Assembly (NCBI GenBank): GCA_003220315.1
Contig: QHSA01000160.1
Coordinates: 1-61,244 of the forward strand
DNA length: 61,244 nt
Direction of reading: 5' to 3'
Origin: Candidatus Rokuibacteriota bacterium
GTDB taxonomy: Bacteria; Methylomirabilota; Methylomirabilia; Rokubacteriales; CSP1-6
The notes beneath the pieces are model-generated. The model had not been told where the DNA came from and searched no databases. It saw only the letters and a program-made list of their open reading frames with translations. Positions 31,310-41,460 of this stretch are shown in pieces; position 1 is the stretch's first letter; every line of letters starts with the position of its first letter. The translations under genes and the position numbers were made by a program.

Positions 31310-32977
31310 ATGAACGTCGCGGCCGTGCTGATGGAGATCCTCCGAGCGGCCGGCGTCCGCTATCTCTTCGGCAACCCGGGGACGACGGAGCTGCCGTTCC
31401 TCGACGCGCTCCCGGACTCGGGGCTCGAGTACGTGCTGGGGCTCCAGGAAGCCACAGCGGTCGCCGCGGCCGACGGCTACGCCCAGGCCGCCGGGAGGGT
31501 CGGCGTCGTCAACGTCCACGTGGCGCCGGGCCTCGCCAACGGCCTCTCGATCCTCCACAACGCCGCGCGGGCGAAGACGCCGCTTGTCGTCACCGCGGGC
31601 CAACAAGATACCCGTTTCCTGATGGACGCGCCGATCCTCGCCGCCGATCTCGTCCGGATGGCGGAGCCCTTCACGAAGTGGTCCTACGAGCTGCGGCGCG
31701 CGGACGAGGCGCCCGCGGCACTCCGCCGCGCGCTCAAGGTCGCGCTGACGCCGCCGACGGGGCCGGTCTTCCTTGCGCTCCCGATGGACCTGCTCCGCGG
31801 CGTCGTCGAGGACGCGGGCGGGGGGCCGCCAGAGATCGCGACACGCTCACGCCCCGAGCCGGCCGCGGTCGCGCGCGCGGCCGAGCTGCTGGCACGAGCC
31901 CGCGCGCCGCTCGTGATCGCGGGGGACGGAGTCGCCCGCTCGGGCGCCCTCGCCCCCCTGGTGGCCCTCGCCGAGCTCCTCGGCGCGCGGGTCCACGGCG
32001 AGCCCGTGTACCGCCGCACCAACTTCCCGGGTGATCATCCACTCTGGCGGGGCGGGCTGTTCCCGTCGCCGGCCGCCGTGGGCAAGGCGCTCGGCGAGAG
32101 CGACAGCGTCCTGATCGTCGGCGCGAACGTCTTCACCTGGTTCCTCCACACCGAGGGGGCGCCGTTCCGGCGCGAGCTCAGCGTCGTGCAGGTGGACGAC
32201 GACCCGTGGGAGATCGGGCGGAGCTATCCGGTCTCGCTCGGCATCGTCGCCGATCCGCGCGAGACGCTCGTCGAGCTCACCAAGGCGCTCGCCACGACGC
32301 TGACGGACGCGGCGCGGACGGCGGCACGGGCGCGGGCGGAAACGATCGGCCGGGGGCGCGCGGAGATCGTCGCACGCATGCGCGCGGCGGCGGAGGCGGA
32401 GTCTCAACGGACGCCGATCGGGCAGGCGTATCTCATGCACGCGCTGGCGTCGCTCCTGCCGCGCGACGCCGTCGTCGTGGACGAGTCGGCGACGTCGCTG
32501 CCCTTCGTGCTGCGGTCCATGCCGTTTGCGACGCCGGCGTCGTTCTTTGGCTCGAAGACCGGCACGCTCGGCTGGGGTATGGGGGCGGCGATCGGCGTCC
32601 AGCTCGCCCTCCCGGGTCGGAAAGTCGTCGCGACGATTGGCGACGGCTCCGTGATGTATGCCCCTCAGGCGCTCTGGACCGCGGCCCGGTACCGGCTGCC
32701 GATCACCTACATCGTGCCGAACAACACCTCCTACGCCATCTTGAAGTCGGGGATGCTGAGCCTCGACCTTCCCTCGGCGAAGCGCGGGATCTTCCCCGGG
32801 ATGGACCTGATCGATCCCGAGATCGACTATGTGGGCCTGGCGAAGGCGCTCGGCGTGCGCGCCGAGCGCGTCGAGAAGCCGGGCGAGCTCCGCGAGGTGC
32901 TCGCCGAGTGCCTCGCGTCCGCGGGCCCGTCGCTCGTGGACGTCGCGATCGACCGCGGCTTCAAGGCGATGCTGTGA
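31310..32977 (+). CDS. ThDP enzyme, benzoylformate decarboxylase-like
   Basis: FGNPGTTELPF, LQEATAVAAADGYAQ, GDGSVMY..QALWTAA...NN. Confidence 0.85.
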   Translation: MNVAAVLMEILRAAGVRYLFGNPGTTELPFLDALPDSGLEYVLGLQEATAVAAADGYAQAAGRVGVVNVHVAPGLANGLSILHNAARAKTPLVVTAGQQDTRFLMDAPILAADLVRMAEPFTKWSYELRRADEAPAALRRALKVALTPPTGPVFLALPMDLLRGVVEDAGGGPPEIATRSRPEPAAVARAAELLARARAPLVIAGDGVARSGALAPLVALAELLGARVHGEPVYRRTNFPGDHPLWRGGLFPSPAAVGKALGESDSVLIVGANVFTWFLHTEGAPFRRELSVVQVDDDPWEIGRSYPVSLGIVADPRETLVELTKALATTLTDAARTAARARAETIGRGRAEIVARMRAAAEAESQRTPIGQAYLMHALASLLPRDAVVVDESATSLPFVLRSMPFATPASFFGSKTGTLGWGMGAAIGVQLALPGRKVVATIGDGSVMYAPQALWTAARYRLPITYIVPNNTSYAILKSGMLSLDLPSAKRGIFPGMDLIDPEIDYVGLAKALGVRAERVEKPGELREVLAECLASAGPSLVDVAIDRGFKAML

Positions 32978-34587
32978 TCAAGACGGGCGGCGAGTGGGTG
33001 GTCGAGGCGCTCCAGGCCGAAGGCGTCCGCCACGTCTTCGGCATCCCCGGCGTCCACAATCTGGCGATCTACGACGCGCTCCTGCGGCAGTCGGCGATCA
33101 CCCACGTCCTGGCGCGCCACGAGGCGGGCGCCGGGTTCATGGCGGACGGCTACGCGCGCGCGTCGGGCGAGGTCGGCGTGATCGTGGCGACGACGGGGCC
33201 CGGCGCGACGAACGCCCTCACCCCCCTCGTGGAGTCGTACGCGGGGTCGATGCCGGTCGTGCTCGTCATGTCGGACGTCGCCTCCGACCTCGTCGGCCGT
33301 GACGTGGGCGCGCTCCACGCCGTCCCCAATCAGATCGAGTGCTTTCGCCCGGTCACGCGCTGGGCCGAGGCGGTCACCGAGGCGGGCGCGATCGCGCGAA
33401 CACTGAGCGGCGGGTTCGATCTGCTGAGAACCGGCCGCCCCGGGCCGATCGCCGTCTCGATTCCGAACGACTTTCTCTTCGCGCGGGTCGAGGGAGAGCG
33501 GCCAGCGGGCGGGTACGGCCGGCGGCCCCCCTGCCACGTGGCCGACATCGCCGAGGCCGCACGGCTTCTCCGCGCGGCCAAGCGACCCCTGGTCCTCGCG
33601 GGCGGGGGAGTGATCGCCGCCGGCGCCGAAACCGAGCTTCGCGCACTCGCGCGCCGCCTGGATGCCCCCGTCCTGACGACGGTGATGGGACGAGGCGCCA
33701 TCAGCGAGCGCGACGCGCTCTGGCACGCCGTGCTGCCCAACCGCCGCGCCAGCGAGCCGGTGCTGAAGGCCGCCGACGTCGTGGTCGCGATCGGCTGTCG
33801 ATTCGCTCACCGGTCGACGCAGGGCCTCTTGCTGAACCTCGCGTTCGGTCCCGGGCAGACGCTGATCCACCTCGATCTCGATCCGACCGTGATCGGCGCG
33901 CTCTTCAAGCCGCAGCTCTCGATCGTGGGCGACGCGAAAGACGGGCTTGCGCGACTCCTCGCCGAGCTCGGGGCCGACAACGCCGGCGGTAGCTGGGATC
34001 ACGGTTGGCGCAGCGGGCTCAGCGCGGCGGCGAGCCCGCGGTACACCGTCGAGACCGCGCGGCTGATCGAGACGCTTCGCTCGGCGCTCCCGGACGACGC
34101 GATCGTGGTGAACGACCAGACGGGGATCAACTATTGGATGGAGTGGCGCTTCCCCGTGCTCGCCCCGCGGACCTTCCTCTATCCGGTCGGCTCGGCCACG
34201 CTCGGTTACGCGGTGCCGGCGGCGATCGGCGCCAAGATCGCCAGGCCCGAGCGTCCGGTGCTCGCCGTGGCGGGCGACGGGGGTTTCATGTACTCGGTGA
34301 ACGAGCTGGCGACGGCGGTGAAGTACCGGCTGCCGGTCGTCTTCCTCGTGATGAACGACGAGCGCTACGGCGCGATCAAGTGGCTCCAGGAGCGGATGTT
34401 CGAGGGGCGGTGGGGAGAGGCGGACCTCGCGAATCCCGACTTCCGCGCGCTCGCCCGAGCGTTCGGCGCCCGGGGCGAGCGTGTGACCGTGGACACGCTG
34501 CCGCGGGCGCTCGCGGAGGCGTTCGCCGCCGACCTCCCGACGGTGCTCGAGCTGCCGATGGCCGTCGAGCCGCCCTGGGAACTCTAG
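32974..34587 (+). CDS. ThDP enzyme, acetolactate synthase-like
   Basis: FGIPGVHNL, RHEAGAGFMADGYAR, TTGPGATN, GDGGFMY...N; GTG start overlapping upstream stop. Confidence 0.87.
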   Translation: MIKTGGEWVVEALQAEGVRHVFGIPGVHNLAIYDALLRQSAITHVLARHEAGAGFMADGYARASGEVGVIVATTGPGATNALTPLVESYAGSMPVVLVMSDVASDLVGRDVGALHAVPNQIECFRPVTRWAEAVTEAGAIARTLSGGFDLLRTGRPGPIAVSIPNDFLFARVEGERPAGGYGRRPPCHVADIAEAARLLRAAKRPLVLAGGGVIAAGAETELRALARRLDAPVLTTVMGRGAISERDALWHAVLPNRRASEPVLKAADVVVAIGCRFAHRSTQGLLLNLAFGPGQTLIHLDLDPTVIGALFKPQLSIVGDAKDGLARLLAELGADNAGGSWDHGWRSGLSAAASPRYTVETARLIETLRSALPDDAIVVNDQTGINYWMEWRFPVLAPRTFLYPVGSATLGYAVPAAIGAKIARPERPVLAVAGDGGFMYSVNELATAVKYRLPVVFLVMNDERYGAIKWLQERMFEGRWGEADLANPDFRALARAFGARGERVTVDTLPRALAEAFAADLPTVLELPMAVEPPWEL

Positions 34588-34649
34588 CGAGCGACGCTCC
34601 GACGACGAGCCGTCGGCGCGGGCGTGGTCCCACCTTTGGAGAGGACACG

Positions 34650-35636
34650 ATGCGGGCAGCGATTACGGCGACGGGCCACTACGTGCCGCCAGAGACCTAT
34701 CCCAACGCGTACTTCGAGCGGCGACTGGAGACGACCGACGCGTGGATTCGCTCCCGCACCGGGATCGCCGAGCGCCGCTTCATGTCGGTGGGCGGCACGT
34801 CCGACCTGATCGTGCCCGCGGCTCGCCGCTGCCTCGACGTCCGTGGCATCTCACCGACGGCCGTCGACTGCATCATCGTCGCGACGATGACGCCGGACCG
34901 GCTGTGCCCGTCAACCGCCGCGGTGGTGCAGCGGAAGCTCGGAGCCGTCCACGCCTGGGGCTTCGATCTCGCCGGGGCCTGCTCGGGTTTCGTCTACGGC
35001 CTCGTCGTGGCCACGAAGCTCGTGGAGTCGGGCGCGGCACGCCGGGTGCTGCTGTCCGGGGCGGATCGGATGAGCAGTGTCGTCGATCCCCAGGATCGCG
35101 CAACGGCCGTGCTGTTCGGTGATGGCGCCGGGACGGTCCTGGTCGAACCCGTCGAGGACGAGTCGGTCGGGATTCTCGACCACGTCTGTCGCATGAACGG
35201 TGAGGGGGAAGCGGCGCTCTACATCCCGGCCGGAGGAAGCGTCGAGCCCGCGAGCGTCGATTCGGTCGCCAAGCGACGGCATTTCGTCGTGCAGGACGGC
35301 CCGGCCGTGTTCAAGGCTGCCGTCACGGGCATGGCCGAGGTGACCGAGGAAGTCCTGAAGCGCAACGACGTGACGGTCGCTGACCTCACCTGGCTCGTCC
35401 CGCATCAGGCCAACCGGCGCATCATCGAGGCGGTCGCCAAGCGCCTCGGTCTTGGTCTCGACCGCGTCATCCTCAACCTCGATCGCTACGGGAACACGGT
35501 CGGCGCGACCATCCCGATCGCTCTGTCGGAGTGGAACGAGCAAGGCCGCCTCGCGCCCGGCGACCGCCTCGTGTTGTCGGCCTTCGGGGCCGGGTTCACT
35601 GCCGGCAGCATCTACCTGCGGTGGGCGATCGCCTAG
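34650..35636 (+). CDS. fabH: Beta-ketoacyl-ACP synthase III
   Basis: WIRSRTGI.ERR, ACSGF, FGDGAG, PHQAN, YGNT catalytic C-H-N triad. Confidence 0.9.
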   Translation: MRAAITATGHYVPPETYPNAYFERRLETTDAWIRSRTGIAERRFMSVGGTSDLIVPAARRCLDVRGISPTAVDCIIVATMTPDRLCPSTAAVVQRKLGAVHAWGFDLAGACSGFVYGLVVATKLVESGAARRVLLSGADRMSSVVDPQDRATAVLFGDGAGTVLVEPVEDESVGILDHVCRMNGEGEAALYIPAGGSVEPASVDSVAKRRHFVVQDGPAVFKAAVTGMAEVTEEVLKRNDVTVADLTWLVPHQANRRIIEAVAKRLGLGLDRVILNLDRYGNTVGATIPIALSEWNEQGRLAPGDRLVLSAFGAGFTAGSIYLRWAIA

Positions 35637-35686
35637 CGAGCTTGCAAGCCGTCAGCTTGGATCGGCGCGTCTTCACCTGTCACTGG

Positions 35687-36415
35687 TCAGTGCAAGTGCA
35701 GCGCGTCGTGCACTCGCTCTGGCGGCGAGAGGCCCGGGCGGAGCGCCGCCTTTGCGCGGTGCCATCCATCGCGGAGGCCGATCTCGGCCGCGATCAACGT
35801 CATGGCCCTGAGCGTCAGGGGATGACTCACGATCTGCACCTGATGCTTGCGAATCGCCGATAGAACACAGGCCACGGTCGGCTCGCTCTGGACAAGGGAG
35901 TAGGTCGTTCCGAACTGCCGCGCGAGATGGCTGCCGGAGGTTCCCAGGAGCGGCAGGCCCACCTCCCGGGCGAGCGCGGCCGCCTTTCGGTTGAAGTCGA
36001 CCTTGGGGGTGTAAAAGTGGCTCCACTCGATGGCGTCGAAGACGTCGATCTCGTCGAGTAACCGTTTCCCGAGGGAGGACGGGGCGGGAAAGAACGGGTG
36101 CGGAGCAACGACCAGCCAGTCCGGTCCCTTGAATCGTCTGAGACGAGCGAAGGTTTGGATCGCGGAGACGTGAACGTCGAAGTTGTACAGGAGGACATGG
36201 CGCCCCTCGATCGTCGCCTCGGCGCCGGGGATCAGCACGATCCCACGCTCCCTCGCGTAGTCCGAAAGGCGCTCGTCGGAGGTGAGGGGGTCGTGGTCCG
36301 TGATGCTGAGGACCTGGTAGCCGTCGTGTGCCGCGCGAGCGATGAGCGTGCGCGCGTCGTACGCGATCCAGGGCTCCCCCTCGCGGGTGTGAAGGTGGAG
36401 GTCGGCTTTCAGCAG
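35687..36415 (-). pseudogene. PHP-domain phosphoesterase, probably degenerate or 5'-damaged
   Basis: KADLHLHT and ITDHD in frame upstream of the ORF-track start with no ATG/GTG/TTG; APHPF; C-terminal DxH motif reads GTSGSH. Confidence 0.6.
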
Positions 36416-36425
36416 AGAGAGGAGC

Positions 36426-37112
36426 CTAGACGACGTCGTCTCGGATGGGGTGGACCAATCGCTTCCTGAGAAGCGCGGCCAGACCGACGAGACCTGAGCC
36501 CAAAAGGGCCAGAGTGCCCGGCTCGGGTACCACCGTGAGGGACTCGCTCAGCGGAGTCTGCACTCCACTGCCGGCGCCGGTCTCCACCCAGGCGACCAGA
36601 ACCGTTCCGGTGGGAAGGGAACCAGCTGACAGCCCGCTGATTCCGGCGGCGCCCCCTCCAGGGCTGTCGTACGCGCCGAGATTGAACTCGTATGCCGTAA
36701 ACGAACTCGCCGTCACTCCCGCTTGTGCGCTCGCGCTGGCAAGCGAGCTGAGTGTGTAGTCGCTGAAGAATGGCTCGTTGAGATTGCCAACGTCACCCAA
36801 TGCCCCACTCGTGAAGGCAATGCTCTCCAGGAACGTACCGCCCGTCACTGTGAAGCTTGCGGTCGCGTCGGGCCCCAGCACGCTCGGCACCAGCACTCCA
36901 AGAAATCCGGTCCCGCGCAGGCCACCGGTGTCCATGCTGATGATGTCGAACGTCGGAGTGGTGTTGCTGGTCGCCAGTGTGACCGACGCGCCGGTGCAGA
37001 CTGTCGAGCTCGTGCAAGCGATGTGTAGCGGATCCGCCGACGCCGGGATCGCCACCAGACCGAGCCCCATGATGATCCCGCCCCCGAGCAGTACAATTGC
37101 GATCCTGTTCAT
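36426..37112 (-). CDS. PEP-CTERM sorting-domain exported protein
   Basis: Signal peptide ...PASAD; Ser/Thr/Gly-rich; VPEPGTLALLGSGLVGLAALLRKR. Confidence 0.92.
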   Translation of the reverse strand: MNRIAIVLLGGGIIMGLGLVAIPASADPLHIACTSSTVCTGASVTLATSNTTPTFDIISMDTGGLRGTGFLGVLVPSVLGPDATASFTVTGGTFLESIAFTSGALGDVGNLNEPFFSDYTLSSLASASAQAGVTASSFTAYEFNLGAYDSPGGGAAGISGLSAGSLPTGTVLVAWVETGAGSGVQTPLSESLTVVPEPGTLALLGSGLVGLAALLRKRLVHPIRDDVV

Positions 37113-37167
37113 CTCCCGTCTCCCCCTCAGTGTGCGAGCTTGGCTGCTCTCTCCTGAGATGGGTAAC

Positions 37168-37182
37168 GCAGGACTCGTGCCA
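37168..37182 (-). promoter_or_regulatory. sigma54 promoter (PEP-CTERM gene)
   Basis: TGGCACGAGTCCTGC, GG-N10-GC. Confidence 0.75.
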
Positions 37183-37408
37183 CAGGTCGCAGCGCCGTGG
37201 GTCATGAAGAAATCGGCGAAGTTGTGGCCTTCCAGAGCACGGAAGGCTGAGCGCGATTCCGGAAAGCGTGAAGACGGTTGCAGGAGACATGCAGAATCCT
37301 ACGTGAGGTGCGCATTCATTCGGCGAGGCCGGCGCGCGTCGCGGGGTCGGGATTACAGGGCGGAGGCGGGACGTCGAGCCGCCCCGCGCGGCTAGGGGAT
37401 CGGAACGC

Positions 37409-38452
<1,044 letters not shown>

Positions 38453-38630
38453 TGGCGCCTCCCCCGGGGAGATCCCGGCGTCTCCGCCCTTTCCGGAAAA
38501 GCTTGAAAACGCAGGCACCTTTCGTTCTGGTGAGGCGGCAGTATGCCATTCGCGCGATCCGCTGTCACTAGAAAATTTACGCGGCCCCGACAGTGATAGG
38601 ATCGCTCTTGGAGGCCATAGGAGGGGTCCA

Positions 38631-39008
38631 ATGAAGCTCCTCTTGATCGAGGACGACAAGCTCGTTGCCAGGGTTCTCGCGGAGGCGTTCGAGGCTGACG
38701 GCCATGAGACCACCGTCATGCATTCCGGGGAAGAGGGCCTGGCCTATCTCACACGCGAGCGCCCGGACGCTGTCGTGCTCGACGTCCGGTTGCCAGCCTT
38801 GAATGGCGTCGCCGTCCTACGGAAGATCAGATCGACCGATCCTGAGCTACCGGTCATCATCATGACAGGTCTCGCGACGCTCGGCGAAATCGCCGAAGCT
38901 CGTCGTCTCGGAGTCACCGAGATCATCGAGAAGCCCGAGGTCCTGAAGCACTTCAGCGAGGCGCTCGCACGCGTCCAGAGTCGCGGTCGACGTCAGGACC
39001 CGACGTAG
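38631..39008 (+). CDS. Stand-alone response-regulator receiver
   Basis: IEDD, VLDVRLP, IMTG, EKP. Confidence 0.9.
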   Translation: MKLLLIEDDKLVARVLAEAFEADGHETTVMHSGEEGLAYLTRERPDAVVLDVRLPALNGVAVLRKIRSTDPELPVIIMTGLATLGEIAEARRLGVTEIIEKPEVLKHFSEALARVQSRGRRQDPT

Positions 39009-39457
39009 AGCCTGTGACCGCCATCCTCGCGGGCTCGGATCATCGTGTCGACAGCTTGACGCAACATGTCATCGGCCCGGGTCGCGGTCTTCGGGTAGCA
39101 GGAGCCACCTGCACTCCAGGGGATGGGCCCAAGGAGCGCCGTCAGCCGGCTGAGGATCGGCGGTAGGTGAGTTGTTTCGGCGTCAACGAGGAGCATGGCC
39201 AGGGAGGCCGGCGCCCACGGTGTGACAACGTCGGTGGTGCGAATGTAGCGAGTAGCAATTTCGGCGAAGGAGGGTCGAGACGGTTCCCGTGTCTCGGGAG
39301 AGATACCGTCAAACGCGAGGCACACAATCGAAAAGCAATAGCGCAGTCGCTGAGCTTTCTGAACTTCGAGGTCGACGAGGAATCGAAACAGCAGGTCGTC
39401 GACCACTCTCGCGCCGACGTCGGAGGGGGGTGGCCCCAAACCACGCCATTCACTCAT
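38993..39457 (-). CDS. Degenerate GGDEF-like protein
   Basis: LEVQKAQR..Y.FSIV, IRTTDVV, GGSCYP....D.ML.QA...M..A; no GGDEF motif; start 39457 or 39472. Confidence 0.6.
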   Translation of the reverse strand: MSEWRGLGPPPSDVGARVVDDLLFRFLVDLEVQKAQRLRYCFSIVCLAFDGISPETREPSRPSFAEIATRYIRTTDVVTPWAPASLAMLLVDAETTHLPPILSRLTALLGPIPWSAGGSCYPKTATRADDMLRQAVDTMIRAREDGGHRLYVGS

Positions 39458-39499
39458 GCTGAGGCCTTGCATGCTCGCAGGGGCACGGCTTCATGAGCA

Positions 39500-39514
39500 G
39501 CAACTGTTGCGCCA
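39500..39514 (-). promoter_or_regulatory. sigma54 promoter
   Basis: TGGCGCAACAGTTGC. Confidence 0.7.
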
Positions 39515-39813
39515 CTCATGGGCAAACGGAAAAGGATTCCGGAATTTGGGGGCTTAGCACTGAGAGAGACGTCCATTCGTGCCTCCGAGCGATGAAAACC
39601 CTGAAAACCTTTGCTCAGACTGTGCACCGTCTGTGAGAACGTACTGACCTTCCACCAGCGTATCGCGGGCTTGGATGGCATGCGCCAGGAGCGCTGGAAG
39701 GGTGATTCTCAGGCGTGAGCCAGTTTGGCAGTTTTGGCAGTGATGTCTTTCCATATTTGACTGAGCACCCAAGCAAACGGCCCCAATGACCTGACTTTAA
39801 AGGATTTTTGTCT

Positions 39814-39828
39814 TGGCACCCAGCGTGC
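39814..39828 (+). promoter_or_regulatory. sigma54 promoter
   Basis: TGGCACCCAGCGTGC. Confidence 0.7.
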
Positions 39829-39859
39829 ACAAATCAATCGCTCAGGGAAGACCCCCTCT

Positions 39860-39940
39860 CGAGAAGGGCAAACCCGCCGCGAGGCGGCGACGCAAAACCA
39901 CGGGTCAGGCGACGAGCCTGACAGCCGGGTTGCCGAAGGA
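39860..39940 (+). ncRNA. c-di-GMP-I (GEMM) riboswitch
   Basis: GGGCAAACC-GCC-GCGA-GGC..GACGCAAA-ACC..GGTC...GACAGCC.GGTTGCCGAA fits the GEMM consensus with GNRA tetraloop. Confidence 0.9.
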
Positions 39941-39996
39941 GGGGTGCTCGACACCCCCGGGAACATTGGTGGTCTCCCCGAAAGGACGAGATCAAC

Positions 39997-41280
39997 ATGC
40001 TCTCGAAGGGTCGGGCCGCCGTCAATCGCATCGGACTCGGCCTCATCCTCGGCGGAGTCCTCCTGACAGCGACACCGGCTGGCGCCGGGATCCTCGACGC
40101 CTCCTGGACTGCCCCAACGACGAATTCCGACGGAAGCCCATTGACAGACCTGGCGTCCTACCGCCTCTATTACGGAACCTCCGCCACCCCTTGTCCGGGA
40201 GCCTCGTTCTCTCAGTTCGCATCCCCGACACCAAGTCCTCCCGCCAACCAGAGCGTGACCGCCAGGCTCACCGGACTCTCCGCGGGCACGCTCTACAACG
40301 TTTCGGTGACCGCGGTGGACGCGAGCGGAAGTGAGAGTGCCTGTGCGACCCCTTTGGCGAGTGCCGTCGCCCGAATAGATTTTGCCGCGAGCCCCACGGG
40401 CACCGTGAGCTTCGGGAGTGTGAGCGTCGGGAGCTTTGCGGATCGAGTCTTCACCGTATCAAACACGGGCGGTGGAACCGTGTCTGGAAACGTGTCGGCC
40501 TCCGCCCCCTTCCGCATCGTCTCCGGGAGTCCGTTTAGCCTCGCTGGGCTGGGGGCGACTCAGGCAGTGACCGTGCGCTTCACCCCGACCACATCGGCGA
40601 CAGCGACGACGAATGTCGGCTTCGTGGCGGACGGAGACACCCTTTCCCGGGTCCTGACCGGCACCGGGACGGATACGACGGCGCCCACGGTGACCATCAC
40701 GGCGCCGACCTCCGGCCCGACGTACATCACGAGCACCACCCCCCTGACGCTGGGGGGGACGGCGTCTGACAACGTCGGGGTAACCCAAGTGACGTGGACG
40801 AACAGTCAGGGGGCGAGCGGGACGGCGACCGGGACAACGAGCTGGACGGCGAGCGGGATCGCCCTCCTGGTCGGAACCAACGGGCTGACGGTCACGGCGC
40901 GGGACGCTGCCGGCAATACCAAAACGGTCAGCCTGACGGTCACGTTGTCGGGCACGGCGGCGTTCACCGATGACCCGGTCGTGGCCCAGAGCACGCCCGT
41001 CAAGGCGGTGCACCTCATAGAGGCCCGGGCGGCGATCGACAGCGTCCGCGCGGTACACGGGCTGCCGACCGTTGGCTGGACTGATCCCGCGCTCACGCAG
41101 GGGATCACTCCGGTCAAAGCGGTCCACTTGACTGAGCTCCGGACAGCGCTGAACCAAGCCTATCAGGCGGCGAGCCGGGCACTTCCCACGTACACGGATG
41201 CCACCGTCGTGACGAGGGTCACCGTCATCACGGCGGTTCAGCTGAACGAGCTCCGTACCGCTGTCCACGCGCTCCAGTAA
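39997..41280 (+). CDS. Exported FN3/ASH/Ig-like protein, paralog 1
   Basis: Signal peptide; WTAPTTNSDGSPLTDLASY...VTAVDASGSESAC; FGSV...FTVSNTGGG...VRFTP; DTTAPTV...ARDAAGN; triple C-terminal repeat. Confidence 0.82.
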   Translation: MLSKGRAAVNRIGLGLILGGVLLTATPAGAGILDASWTAPTTNSDGSPLTDLASYRLYYGTSATPCPGASFSQFASPTPSPPANQSVTARLTGLSAGTLYNVSVTAVDASGSESACATPLASAVARIDFAASPTGTVSFGSVSVGSFADRVFTVSNTGGGTVSGNVSASAPFRIVSGSPFSLAGLGATQAVTVRFTPTTSATATTNVGFVADGDTLSRVLTGTGTDTTAPTVTITAPTSGPTYITSTTPLTLGGTASDNVGVTQVTWTNSQGASGTATGTTSWTASGIALLVGTNGLTVTARDAAGNTKTVSLTVTLSGTAAFTDDPVVAQSTPVKAVHLIEARAAIDSVRAVHGLPTVGWTDPALTQGITPVKAVHLTELRTALNQAYQAASRALPTYTDATVVTRVTVITAVQLNELRTAVHALQ

Positions 41281-41403
41281 GAACGGAGTAGGGGAGGGTC
41301 CGGCGCAGCCTGTGTCAATTTCAATGGGCGTGTGTCAATGCCTTGATCATCCACGCTGATCGACGAGTACACCTAAGTACCTGAAGTGATATGAGATTTC
41401 GAC

Positions 41404-41418
41404 TGGCACATCGGTTGC
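41404..41418 (+). promoter_or_regulatory. sigma54 promoter with upstream TGTGTCAAT repeats (41311, 41331)
   Basis: TGGCACATCGGTTGC, consensus match. Confidence 0.85.
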
Positions 41419-41460
41419 TGCAAATCTTTGCACAACCGTTCGAGCTTCCGTACCCGAGGG

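Noticed and set aside
38534-38548. Possible sigma54 promoter for the activator gene (TGGCATACTGCCGC, minus strand)
   Set aside because: GG-to-GC spacing is 9 nt, not the required 10
39860-39940. Riboswitch as the c-AMP-GMP (GEMM-Ib) variant
   Set aside because: Specificity position reads G (GGGCAAA), not A
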